A stretch of DNA of 64,000 nucleotides from Eledone cirrhosa (GCA_964016885.1 OZ024746.1:44702001-44766000), one strand, 5' to 3'; positions 14,457 to 27,236 are shown, counted from the first letter of the stretch. Program-made: numbers and translations. The notes: generated by a model from the letters alone, not told the origin.

Positions 14457-14495
14457 CTAGCAGAAAAACCGCCCGTAGGGTGGTTTTTCTGCTAG
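14457..14495. repeat. 39-bp hairpin with CTAG ends
   Basis: CTAGCAGAAAAACCGCCC-GTA-GGGTGGTTTTTCTGCTAG, with one G-T pair. Confidence 0.85.
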
Positions 14496-14840
14496 CATGT
14501 GTAATGTGTATATTGATATATACACAAATATATAAGCATGTAAATATGATACATCAAATAAAATCGTAATCGTAATTGAACAAAGCCTATGTTACACTGT
14601 CTTCTGCAATCAGTAATCCATGGTATATTAAAAAAAGACGACATTATATTTAAACTTCATTAGGAGAAAATTAGAGACGGAAATATATGCGATTATAAGT
14701 ATTATAATATAACAGCCGCTAACCGGAAGTGTTGACATTTGATAATTTTAAAGAAGTGAATTTTAAAGATTAAGCTATAAAATATGTTTAATCAACAGCC
14801 ACAAAATTTAGCACATAAATTTTGTAATATTCATTCATTA

Positions 14841-15268
14841 TTTATTCAAAGTAATGCCATAATAGGGCGGTGAATTGGCAGTATCGGTGGAGGGTCGGAC
14901 ATGCTTTCCAGCATAGTTACGTCCCTTTACGATCTGAGTTCAAATCCTGCCGAGGTTAACTTTGCCTTTCATCCTTACGGGGTCGATAAAATAAAGTACC
15001 AGTAATGTACTGGTTAATTGATGGCCTTGTGCCTAAAATAGAAACAATTAGTTATTCAAAGCAAGGGCGGTGAATTGGCAGTATCGGTAGAGGGTTGGAT
15101 TATGCTTTCCAGCATAGCTACGTCCCTTTACGATCTGAGTTCAATTCCCGCCGAGGTTAACTTTGCTTTTCATCCTTACGGGGTCGATAAAATAAAGTAC
15201 CAGTAATGTACTGGGATAATTGCTGGCCTTGTGCCAAAAAGTAGAAACAATTATTTATTCAAAGTAAT
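14841..15268 (+). mobile_element. Tandem pair of full-length SINEs with triplicated target sequence
   Basis: SINEs at 14865-15049 and 15065-15252. TTATTCAAAG(T/C)AA occurs before, between and after them. Confidence 0.9.
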
Positions 15269-17237
15269 CCAACTTATTTTACAAACGGTGTAAAAAAAAA
15301 AAATCTGGACGCAATCCCGCAGACCTTCCTTTATTATAGTTAAGCTTTGAAGATTGTTTAATGGATACTTTCATAAATTGAACTCGATTAAGATGGATTA
15401 AGTTGATTTTTTGCTTAATAATAAATGTAGATTGTACCTAGATATTACGTGCTGTATAGTTGTTCTCCTGGTTTTCTTCTTGTACTCCGTTGCACCATTT
15501 CGATTATCCTACGTTTCTTTATATTTATATGTTTGCCTGTTAAGGTGTCTATCTTCTACCCCTAGAAGATTTTCGGTCATTCTTATAACAGAATTTCCTT
15601 CAACCATGTAATTACTACGTGCCACTTTATAGCTTGCTTCCTCAGTTTATATTTCTTGGCTTTCCTGCGTATTCACTTCACAATCAATTTCGCATTGCTT
15701 TCAGAATGACTATCTCAACCTTTTCTCACCCTCCATCTTTGTTCCTCGCACACATTTCCCACACAAAGTCATTCTGAATGTTCTCATTTCTTACGTCAGT
15801 TTTTCCTCACTGCTTTCTTTTTTTACCTGCCTGCTACTAAACAGACAATACGTTCTCTATCTTTCAGACTCTCTTACGAGGGGCTGGGATGGTACCTGAC
15901 ACATTAGAATCTTCAATATACATAGCAATGGGACGCACGGAAGTCCTCTACGAAATATTCTGTCTGTTATATGCACACCAATTATTCTTTGTATCGTGTT
16001 TACTTATACTTTATTATGCAAATTATTCTAAAAACAACGCGTTCTAAAATGCACCACTTCTTCGGAGGCAGGCGTTTCACAAGTGATGAAACGCAATTCA
16101 TAAGTTATCCTTTATTCTCATTAAGATATGATTTCAACTTGTAATGTAACGCTCATACACAGAGAAACGGGTGTGAGTAACGCCCCTTCCAAATAACATG
16201 AATTTTAACTTATTGAGAGGTAGACGATTATCAGCCATAACTACTTTTCAGCAGACCTTATTTAAATCTGTTGCCACAAAAAGTATATATAGCCATTGAT
16301 AATGATTCCTTTATTTGATTTGAGTGGGGCACAAATATCAAATAATAATATTTATAGTTTCTGTTTAGTGATATTATTCCAGAAATATTTTAAGATTTTA
16401 TATATTCTTCGATTTCCAGTGAAACTGCTATGCGCCTTCGCGAGATTTTAGTTAGTTTACAAATTATTTTGCAATATTATATAGCATAAATCTGATTTAT
16501 CATTAGAACACATCCGCACGTAATCTTGTAGGAATAAAAGACAATAAAATTTAAGAATTCCATAAAATGCATTTTATGAAAATGTTGCTTTTATTACTTG
16601 TGCACTTTTATAGGTATTGTTGAAAAGTAATCTTAATGTTTATTTTAATAACCTTTATACTATACAATGGGAGTAACATATAGAGTTCGCTGTACAACTA
16701 TAATCTACCAAATACAATAAATAATACATTTAATCGTATAAATTGTTAGTTAATTCTATGTTACTCATGTGTGGAAGATACATCTGCCATATGAAGTGCC
16801 ATGAATCTATTATCTTCTTCCTTCTTCTTGAACACATATAATCCCACACACTTTTCCAAAGCTGAAGAATGATTTTATATATTCAATATGATGTGTTCGG
16901 AAGAAGTAGTTCTTATAGATTTATATTCAAATACATAGCTTTATATTTATACAGAAGATAATAGAATTTCTCAAGTTAATGCGACAAAAATAATAGCATA
17001 TACATTTGATCGTATTAACCCGCATGCTTATACATCACCAACATATATATGCGTTTATAATTAAGTGAAAAAAATGTTGTGTAAATATATGAGGCTGTGA
17101 AAAGAACTATCTATATTACGTAGTAGATTAAGTAATAATAAAATATTTAAGGTTTCCGCAAATAACTAACATTCTGATGGAAGGGCAGGTGTTATATGTA
17201 TATGGCAATGTGAATTTGTTATATTATTCCTCTAGAA

Positions 17238-17274
<37 letters not shown>

Positions 17275-17762
17275 GGAACGAGTAGGATCCCAACGGCTGA
17301 GCTCAAGCCGTTTCGACGGCTAATTCTGGACTAAATGAAAATGTTTATCCTGGACTAAAGAAAGGTTTACTAGGTGGGACGGAATTATAATGAGACCCTT
17401 TTAAGAGGTATAAGTAAACAACCGAATATATCTTACGGTGACGGGTCAACAAGTGTGTGGGTGGGTGGGGACGGGGGGGGGGGGGGCAAAATACTAAAGA
17501 AACTAACACGAAATAATAAATCAGAGTCCCGAGACCAGTACGAAATAAAGGTTTCTACCCCAGGCACAAGGCCAGCAACCACCCAGTGCAAAAAAAATAA
17601 ACTAATACGAAATAATAATTCAGAATCCCGAAAAAGAATACTAATACTATCTCTAAGGGTGCCGCCACGCTACAAAAATTCTAGTGCAAACTACATAAAT
17701 GCTCGTACGAAGTATATGTAAAATTTGATACGGAAAATCAATTCAGAATCCCCCCCCCCCCA

Positions 17763-17808
<46 letters not shown>

Positions 17809-18224
17809 AAAAATAAATAAATACTGATATACGAGAAATTAAAGCAAAGATACCACTAAGAAATATAGAAAGCACGGAAAAGGTGCGGCCATCGGATAAG
17901 AAGGCTAGTATCCGGGATCTAACACATCTGCTATAAAAAGCGGAGTCGGCCAAATCTATCATAGATTAGGGGTAGGGGGTGGTGGTACTGAGGCTAGAAG
18001 GGACGGAGGGGCTGCCTCGGGTGGGCGAGAAAGTAAAAGGACGACGACAAAGAAAGAGGACTGGGGTGGAAGGACTAGGGAGGGATGGGGGGGATGAAGA
18101 AATATAGAGGAAGTGATAAAAAGATATAGAAGACGATATTAGGTCTACTTTTGCAAATAGGGGTTACCCGATACAAAATCGGCGAGTGGGGTGTTATAGC
18201 CCTAGTCTAACCCCCCCCCCCGAG

Positions 18225-19478
18225 TCATTATGGGGTTTGAGGGCGAGGTAAGTCCTACGCAATCGGTGTTTACATGCAGTTACCAGTTCATCTTTCTTGT
18301 TTAGGAGTTGGTCCGTCGAGAACGGCATTTGTAAAGTTTCCTCCGACCATAAATTTTACGGACGGCGTCCTCCCGTGTAAGAGTTGGCTCTGGACAGTAA
18401 GCTCCAAGTGAGATCATAGGTAATATTGTTATCCTTGAGGACCCATATGTGGCCCGAAAGTGTAGTGGCGTGACGCCGGGCCGGGTTTCGGAAGGTATGT
18501 CTGTGTTGGTATAGCCGGGTCTTGAAGTCACATGCGGTTAATCCTATATAGGCTTTGTTGGAGGTGTCCGTTCTGACGTTGCACTGGTAGATCACATTAC
18601 GATCTCTGCATCTGTTGTCGAGGGGGCTATGGATCCATCAGGACAGTTGCACCTCCTGGTCGGCTTTCCACTACTATTTCGGTTATTTCTTCCATGGGGG
18701 TTGAGTTTTTTGTTGTTAGAGGAGACGATGTTTCGTGCAAAGTTTGGTGTGGTGCTGTAGGAGAGTTTGATGGTATTTTTGTTAATTATGTTGTGGTAGT
18801 GGTGTTGTAGTGGGAAGTGTTTTTCAATGAGCCTAAAGAAGATTTTCCCGATAGGAGTTGTCACCTCGGCGTTGTGGGGAGGATTGAACCATGTTACGTT
18901 GCGTGAGCGGCGGTGTCGCCTGCTGGTTCCGCTGTTGGAAGCTGGACACTAGGATATTTCCTCCCGGAAACCACTCCACTTGAGGGCCTGGTTGTAGTAA
19001 GGCGCATGTTCCTCGAATATCTGCTCATTAGCTGACAAACCAGATATGCGGAGGGAGATGTTTTTAACCAGGTTATTGGTGATGTTCCTAATATGGTTTG
19101 ACCGGCGGTGGATGTAGTGCAGGTTGTCGTTAGGTTTCTTGTATGGGTAGTACAGATCATTATCGAGGTCAAGGGTAACATCCAGGAAGTTAACTCGGGT
19201 CAGGTACGTTTGTAGGGTTATTTTAAATCCCCAGTCGCGGAAGAAGCTGATTAATTGTTTACGGACCCGATCTGTACTATTGGGGTTGAACCCTTTAAGA
19301 GTAAGGAGCCCATCATCACGGTACAATCCGCCGCCGAATGCAGGAAACAAATCGGTGAGTTTGGTTATTAGGAATAATCCTATAAGATCTGTGACCTCAG
19401 CCGAATCCGTCGCGCCCATGCTGACGGAGTTGTCGAAGAGTAAGACTTTCTTCCTGGCGTGTAGGATGATGTTTCTTT
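18225..19478 (-). pseudogene. Frameshifted PLE RT + GIY-YIG endonuclease (C-terminal half)
   Basis: MGATDSAEVTDLIG, GLYRDDGL, VNFLDVTLDL, WFNPP, CNCPD, VIY..YIG, YQHRHTF and ACKH motifs across ORFs 18949-19419, 18592-18864 and 18356-18595. Confidence 0.92.
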
Positions 19479-20456
19479 CCCTCCGTCCCTTGTAGCCTCA
19501 GTACCACCACCCCTTTCCCCTAATCTATGATAGATTTGGCCGACTCCGCTTTTTATAGCAGATGTGTTAGACCCCGGATACTAGCCTTCTTATCCGATGG
19601 CCGCACCTTTTCCGTGCTTTCTATATTTCTTAGTGGTATCTTTGCTTTAATTTCTCGTATATCAGTATTTATTTATTTTTTATTTTATATATATATATTT
19701 TTTTTTTTTGGGGGGGGGGTCTGAATTAATTTTCCGTATCAAATTTTACATATACTTCGTACGAGCATTTATGTAGCTTGCACTAGAATTTTTGTAGCGT
19801 GGCGGCACCCCCCTTAGAGATAGTATTAGTATTCTTTTTCGGGATTCTGAATTATTATTTCGTATTAGTTTTTTTTTTTTTTGCACTGGGTGGTTGCTGG
19901 CCTTGTGCCTGGGGTAGAAACCTTTATTTCGTACTGGTCTCGGGACTCTGATTTATTATTTCGTGGTAGTTTCTTTAGTATTTTGGACCCCCACTTGTTG
20001 ACCCGTCACCGTAAGATAAATTCGGTTGTTTACTTATACCTTTTAAAAGGGTCTCATTATAATTCTGTCCCACCTAGTAAACCTTTCTTTAGTCTAGCCG
20101 TACTAGTGAGAGACTTGATAGCTGTCCTTAGTTTATAGTAACCAGAAATTGTTTTTTTCTTTACACTTAATTGTTTTTTAACACTCCCGGTATTTTTCTA
20201 TATATTTACCCCATATTCTTTTACTTATTGTTTCGACTTCCTCCCTCTCCCCCTAGTATCTTCTTTGACCTCCTTCCCAGCCGTAGTTGGCACTATCAAC
20301 GCACGACTGGGTTTCTTCCAGCCCCTCTGCCTCTTTCTTCTACTGGCAGGTTCAGCTACCCATTCCTTCCACAAATTGCCATGATAGAATTATTATGTCT
20401 CAACAACAAACTTTTGACGAATCCTTGTGACAATCACTTTTACCATATATGGAATT

Positions 20457-20552
20457 ACCCCCTGAGAAGCTCGGCTATTCAAATACCAGGATAAAAACTT
20501 TCATTTAGTCCAGAATTAGCCGTCGAAACGGCTTGGGCTCAGCCGTCGGGGT
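20457..20552 (+). ncRNA. Type I hammerhead motif with A8 core variant (CUGAGAA)
   Basis: Stem I ACCCC/GGGGT, stem II CGGCTA/TAGCCG, GAAA, stem III ACGGCT/AGCCGT, and a GTC triplet at 20545-20547. Confidence 0.75.
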
Positions 20553-20643
20553 CCTACTCGTTCCTATTACCCACTCTACTACCCTAAGTATTGAGTACTT
20601 TGGTGCGTTATGGTCCACCTGGTTCCTTGCCACATTTCCTTCG

Positions 20644-20696
<53 letters not shown>

Positions 20697-21681
20697 ATTA
20701 GTTACAACAGTGACATATACAGGTACTTAAGTTCCGTTGTGTTATACACCCCAACTCATTCAGTCTGTTAAATAAAATAAAAAATGGGTTCCCCCACAGG
20801 TTGGGTCGAGGTTTTTAGAAAATACACGAGAGTTCTTTAAGGGCAGGTAATTCCGAATTCACTTATAAATAAACAAATCTGTTAGATAATGTAAAGGGAG
20901 CTAACTATGAAATATGGCTACAAAGAGCGGGAACTTGTGCAAAGTTGGTAATTCAAAGAAATTAAATTCCTTGAAATTAAAATCAAGTAGTCTGATCTAT
21001 ACCATTTTCCCAGAATGAACTTCGCTTCGTGTGGACAGCGACTAATGCGGACGAGGTGGTTAACTAAGCAGTGTTTCTCTGGAGTTAGTTTTGAGAGTAT
21101 ATTCTACTTTTCCGAGTTACGAGGTTGGGGATGGAATGAGGTGTTGACATTTTTAATAGTGGACAGATTGGCGCCAATGTGGTGGTGTGATGGGGTGGGG
21201 CTAAGGTTTAAGGAATGGTGAGATGCGAAGCAGAGGGGGGTGGGGGTAACAAGGGGTGGATGAGTAGTACAAATATGTACACTATTAAAATGGTCAACGC
21301 CTCACTCCATCACCAATTTACCACTGGATGTAACCCACCACCATTCACTCTTTTTCTCAAACCCTTTCTTCTTTCTATCTCTTCCCTTTTCCTGACTCAC
21401 CTCTTTACATATTTTTCTCCCCCAAACAAACAATAAAAAAAAAGAAAAACTGACTATCACAAATCAATGAGAAGTGGTATATTTTTTAACGCTGTACGCG
21501 AAACATTCCGTCATTAAGAAAACAGAAGTAGCACCTGAAAAAACTTGATGCAAATTTGCAACGTCTTCCATACATATTAATATTACACTCTGCTTAGTAC
21601 AACTCAAAAGTACATACGGGAAACTACGCATTAATTGCTCACTTTGATGAACCAAAATAAACTTGACGTTACAATACCTAA

Positions 21682-21744
<63 letters not shown>

Positions 21745-21747
<3 letters not shown>

Positions 21748-23895
21748 ACGAAACATAAGTCAATTGTATGAACTCATAATCCTTTATTTACTGCTATATA
21801 TATTTCGATGATAGCCAGTGAATGGCTATGACCTCATCAGGTAGTTAGTCAGTTCTTAGATGTGCTAGCTCTGTGTGATTAGTGCTGATGGTATCAGAGC
21901 CTTGGGACATATGAGCTTGTTAGGAATATTTTGATGTGTCAGCAGGAATAGTCTTGATTCTCATTGGTCAGTTTGTAGATGGTAGTAGGTTGGTATTTGA
22001 CCTCAAAGGGACAGGTGGATCTGTAAGGTTCAAACCGTCAGGCAAGATGACAATAGTTCCACATGACTGATTTTCACAAAAGGCATTCTTGGTCAGATAT
22101 ATTATCAAATAAGGTTAATAGTATGAAATAGATACTACAGGTCATTCTTAAATTGAGGAATTTATGTAGAGTTGTGCTACTGAAAATTATGGTTGGTGTA
22201 GAAAGTTTACAAATAAAAAGGCTTATGTAGGTTGGCTTGCCCTACACTCACACACACCTCCACAGACACACACACACTTCCACACATACAAAAAGTGGGG
22301 TGGTAATACTTAATATAAAGGTTAGAGTCCAATACTTAGATAGTTTAGAAAATTTAGAAATAAAACGTTTATGCAGGTTCACTTGTACATACACTCACAC
22401 TTACCCCCTCAAGCACTCACACATCTACACACACAAATCCATACAGGTGTGTATATATATATATGCATGTATGCATGTATGCACAAGTATACACATACAT
22501 ATATATATAAAATATACACATATATATATATATATAAGATATATATATACACAGAACATACATATATATAAAATATATACATACAAAAATATAAAAAATA
22601 TATATATACATAGAATACACACACACACACAAAATATATACACACGTAAAACATACATATATATATATAAAATACACACACACATACACATATATATATA
22701 TAAAATATATACATACAGATACGCACACATATATAAAAAATACGCATACATACACATAAAATACACATATATATGCACATGATACATATGTACCTATATA
22801 TATAAAATCAGGTTCAATACAACATTGTTTAGATGACTCCTAACCAGTAGAGGATCCGGTGGACAATCCACCATAGGGACCGCAAACCTGCGTGGTTATT
22901 GTTGTCCATTGGTCATTGGTACGGGGTGTAGGGGGGGGGGGGGCTTGTGGGAAGCCGTAACCGGGGTTTATCCATATAGCTTGAGGAAAGTTCCCGTCCT
23001 TAGGTGTCTGCAGGCACCGAATAAGTCGGCCCTTCTGTTTAATAGCTTGGTTCCGCCATGAAGAATCTCGAGTGTCTCACTAAGACAGAGGTTGCAAATA
23101 CCAGACCCGGCTCTGTCTGGGGGAACCTTTCTAACCAAGGACCAGACCAGAGAGTGCGGGGTTTTTGCAAGTTTGAGCTTCCAGATCAATTTAGAAAGGG
23201 CCGTACATTTCCTCTTATCTATTCTGTTAAAGGAATGGCGATGGTTATACCACCACGCTTTGAAGCTCGTCGCTGTGGATCATATGTAGTGGTACTCCGA
23301 GTTAGGGGTTGTGACCTTGCACCTGTAGACCACGTTTTTGGTCATGCATTCATTACTAAGGGGGCATAGTGATGGGTCTCTGTAATTACATGACTTCTTA
23401 AGCCCCACTACATGTACCGCCTGGTTATCATCACTCGGGATTGGCTGGGTAGCCTCCGCAATCAGCAGAGGGTCGTTGAGATCCGGTGTGCTAGTTGGGC
23501 CTGTCCGGGTTCCGATGCGTCCCGCGTGCTGGTTCTGTTGGGTGGCTCCGGGGTTTACGGTGGTATTAGAGGCAGTGAGCCTATTCCTATTTATGCCAGC
23601 TATGTGCTGGGCTACGGAGCGTGTGATTGAGTAGGAAAGTTTCACCGTGTGCCTGTTGAATATTGTATGGTACTTATGGTACTTATGGGCCCTAGGGAAA
23701 CATATATCCAGTACTCTAAAGAATGTTCTAGCCAGGCTGGTACGTAGACCCACCGAGTACGGAGGGTTATATCATGTGACCTTCCTGGTCCTATTCTTGC
23801 GGGGTTGTTGGATTTTCGCCGTGGGCCATCGCGTGGTTGTGCACAGCTCAGATCGAGCTCGGTTGGTGTCACTTGGGTGTGCGGAGCGGTCACTA
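21745..23895 (-). mobile_element. PLE locus 4: 5'-truncated element (linker + EN, 3' UTR, ribozyme) ending at (TA)n
   Basis: PPYS, FPRAHKYH, IFNRHTVKLSYS, SCNYRDPSLCPLSNEC, NVVY..YI, ICNLCLSE and ACRH at 22968-23800. Hammerhead near the 3' end. Confidence 0.85.
21790..21846 (-). ncRNA. Type I hammerhead ribozyme with canonical core
   Basis: Minus strand: actac-CTGATGA-GGTCATAGCCA-ttcac-TGGCTATCATC-GAAA-TATATATA-gcagt. Stem II is 10/11 paired and stem III is self-complementary. Confidence 0.8.
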
Positions 23896-23932
23896 TCATT
23901 GTATTGTAAAGTCTACACTACTACGCTATGTT

Positions 23933-24063
<131 letters not shown>

Positions 24064-24130
24064 AAAAATATGAAATCGAAAATGCAACTGGAATCTTATT
24101 TTTAAAAAAATATATATATTTATTTGGTTC

Positions 24131-24166
24131 CTTTACCGGTTTCGCAGTTCTTCTCCTTTTCAAAAG
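24131..24166 (-). ncRNA. Minimal hammerhead motif with UUGAAAA core (left arm)
   Basis: Reverse complement of 24248-24283. Confidence 0.6.
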
Positions 24167-24247
24167 TAGAGTTGAGATGGAGGGTCTGTGGTTTTTCTCA
24201 CATCTCTCAGATGTGAGAAAAACCACAGACCCTCCATCTCAACTCTA

Positions 24248-24283
24248 CTTTTGAAAAGGAGAAGAACTGCGAAACCGGTAAAG
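24248..24283 (+). ncRNA. Minimal hammerhead motif with UUGAAAA core (right arm)
   Basis: CTT-TTGAAAA-GGAG-aagaa-CTGC-GAAACCGGTA-AAG. The palindromic ACCGGT stem III is typical of dimerising PLE hammerheads. Confidence 0.6.
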
Positions 24284-25404
24284 GAACCAAATAAATATAT
24301 ATATTTTTTTAAAAATAAGATTCCAGTTGCATTTTCGATTTCATATTTTTTCGCTCTCTCTCTCTCTATCTATATATATATAATAATAATAAACATAGCG
24401 TAGTAGCGTAGACTTTACAATACAATGGGAGGAAACATAATAGTACCACTGATGTCGCAGATGTGTGGCGAAAGAACTTTGATAGGCTATATATATATAT
24501 ATATATATATATATCCAAAATTAAGTTAAGGTTGTCATGTCTGAGAGACATGCGCCATATTCACTGCAGAATAAGCTCAAAGATGCCAATGAATAGATCC
24601 GGGCATGTTATATCAACTAGAAGTAGATTGACGCATATATACATATAATAAACACATGAAACCATCTCAGGGAATAATTTGTAAAGTGTGTAAGCACACA
24701 TAGCTAGGTAGGTAACTAATTAAAGTTTAACTAGAATTTCAAATATAGATACCTTTTAAAATGATTAATCTCCTTTGTATATATTTCTTTAAATAAAAAA
24801 TATATTTCACCAATTAACCAGTAAATCACAGCGGTCAAATACGGATGGTCACCAAAGGAGAAGATCCAACCATCTGCATTTACACATCAAATGCAAATCT
24901 GTGAATGACTCGAACCACGTGTTGCATTTTATTAAAAAATACAGACATCGCTCCGCGTCATCCCAGTGGCGTGAATAGGATTTAATAGGTCTGTATTTTT
25001 TATAAAATGCAGGATGGTGGAAAATGCACCCATAAATTACCCCCCTCCCTCCCCCCACACACAAATAGACGGATCTGGTCTTACATCAAATATTACTTAG
25101 AACGTAAACCAACATACATCTAATGATATTAACTACACAACCACAACCTGCAAAATATTCGCTACCTTAGCTCAATTAAATGAAGTATCTAGCAATCATC
25201 AGTCTGTAACAATCTCCTCGATTGGTTTTATCATTGAAAATACACCCGCTACCAGCCGAGCACCAACTAATCTAATGCAAACAAACCTTCTATCTAACAA
25301 TTCTGTATCCATAATACCATTCCCAATTAGTAGCATTACCAACGAAGTTGACACTAATACAAGCAATGATACCATATTTGATAGTAAAAAAAATAATATT
25401 AATA

Positions 25405-25776
25405 ACATAAATAATTGTTTCTACTTTTGGCACAAGGCCAGCAATTACCCAGTACATTACTGGTACTTTATTTTATCGACTCCGTAAGGATGAAAGGCAA
25501 AGTGAACCTCGGCGGGATTTGAACTCAGACCGTAAAGGGACGTAACTATGCTGGAAAGCATGGCGTCCGACATAAATAATTGTTTCTACTTTAGGCACAG
25601 GCCAGCAATTTACCAGTGCATTACTGGTACTCTATTTTATCGACCCCGTAAGGATGAAAGGCAAAGTCAACCTCGGCGGGATTTGAACTCAGATTGTAAA
25701 GGGACGTAACTATGCTGGAAAGAATGGCGTCCGACTCTCTACCGATACTGGCAATCCACCGCCCGACATAAATAAT
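25405..25776 (-). mobile_element. Tandem pair of SINEs inserted in a PLE remnant, with triplicated 11-bp target
   Basis: ACATAAATAAT at 25405, 25570 and 25766. Confidence 0.88.
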
Positions 25777-26238
25777 AATCTTAGATTATATAACGCATCC
25801 CACACAAACCAATGCAACTGTAAAATTAAAGCTAACTGTCCCTTTAATGCCAATTGCTTAATTAGCGGTGTAGTATATAACTGTAAAGTAATTACTAAGG
25901 GCACTACACAATCCTACATAGGTGCTACCTCTAATTTATTTAAGAAAAGTTCCTATTCGCATACCTATTCTTTTAACAATACTAAATTATCTCACACCAC
26001 CTCACTAGCAGAAACTATTAACAATTTTTAAATGAAAGATATAGCATGCAGCCTAAAATGGAGTGTCCTGAAGAGAACTAATTCATATCAAGGTGAAAGA
26101 AGGGAGTGCCCATTATGTTCTCAGGAACTGTTCCAAATCATGGAATCTAAGGATAGGTTACTAAATAAAAAGCAGGAATTAATTATTTCATGTAATCATA
26201 ATATCGTGAACATTTTTAAGTACTATAAACCCACCTAA
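25777..26238 (+). pseudogene. PLE GIY-YIG endonuclease remnant related to 33814-35334
   Basis: QCNCKIKANCPFNANCL, VVY..SYIGATSN, ECPLCSQELF..LLNKKQELIISCNH..FKYYKP. One internal stop. Confidence 0.88.
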
Positions 26239-27063
26239 TTCTTGAAATCACTATGATCATAACTAATTTCTTTAACCAAGAGAGACATAACTAAACATAA
26301 TATATTCTTACCCAAATAAACTATCTATAAAATAAATGCGGGTTGGTAATTAATTAAATCTGATCTTTCAAAAGCGGATATAGTGTTACCTCATTTCAAG
26401 AATACTATGACTCCTAACCTAACCAAAATAACTTAAAATGTAACTAACCAAATTGATTTAATGAAAAACATGTCTTTCTATCTAAACATTAATGAATATT
26501 CAAAAGCAATATTAACATTTGAATACAACTTAAATTACAACGTATCAATACCACATTGAAAAATTTATATCACCTTTATATTTGCCTTGAACATTTTATA
26601 TCACTCAATATTTTCCGATACAGGAATTACGATTCACCTGTTATTTCTATATGACTTACGAATTAACTCAAACAACCTATATAATTAGCGCAAACTTCTT
26701 ACACTCTCCAACATTTATTATCTATCCTAAATCAGCATTGGATTGGGAAATTACTTTTTTCTTACCAAATATATATATTTATATAACCTCGATTAAAAAA
26801 CAAGGGATGCCTTCAAAATTTGGGTTTTTATTAAATATTATTTATTGAATATTACTTTCTCAATACAATAAGTTTTAAATTAATCTAAGCTTGTATAATA
26901 AACAAATAATTTCTCTCTATCTAAATTAAAACACCTATGTAAAATTAGATTTGTTTATCATCAACCAAATGCTTAACATCCCTCAATTAAGATATCATTT
27001 CTCAGAAGATTTATTATCCCCAGCACAATGCACTCACAACTTTTATGATCTTCCTTTCCCCAT

Positions 27064-27236
27064 TTCTTCTTCTTCTTCTTCTTCTTCTTCTTCTTCTTCT
27101 TCTTCTTCTTCTTCTTCTTCTTCTTCTTCTTCTTCTTCTTCTTCTTCTTCTTCTTCTTCTTCTTCTTCTTCTTCTTCTTCTTCTTCTTCTTCTTCTTCTT
27201 CTTCTTCTTCTTCTTCTTCTTCTTCTTCTTCTTCTT
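27064..27236. repeat. (TTC)n microsatellite, ~57 units
   Basis: Direct reading. Confidence 0.97.

Larger units (their letters stand above)
17273..20645 (-). mobile_element. PLE locus 1: 5'-truncated element plus inverted copy of its 3' end, inserted in (TA)n
   Basis: Arm 17353-18011 is inverted relative to 19479-20093, and 17273-17352 relative to 20486-20566. The RT-EN remnant lies between the arms. (TA)n on both sides. Confidence 0.9.

Noticed and set aside
15440-15990. Possible decayed LINE on the minus strand
   Set aside because: No convincing protein motif could be read.
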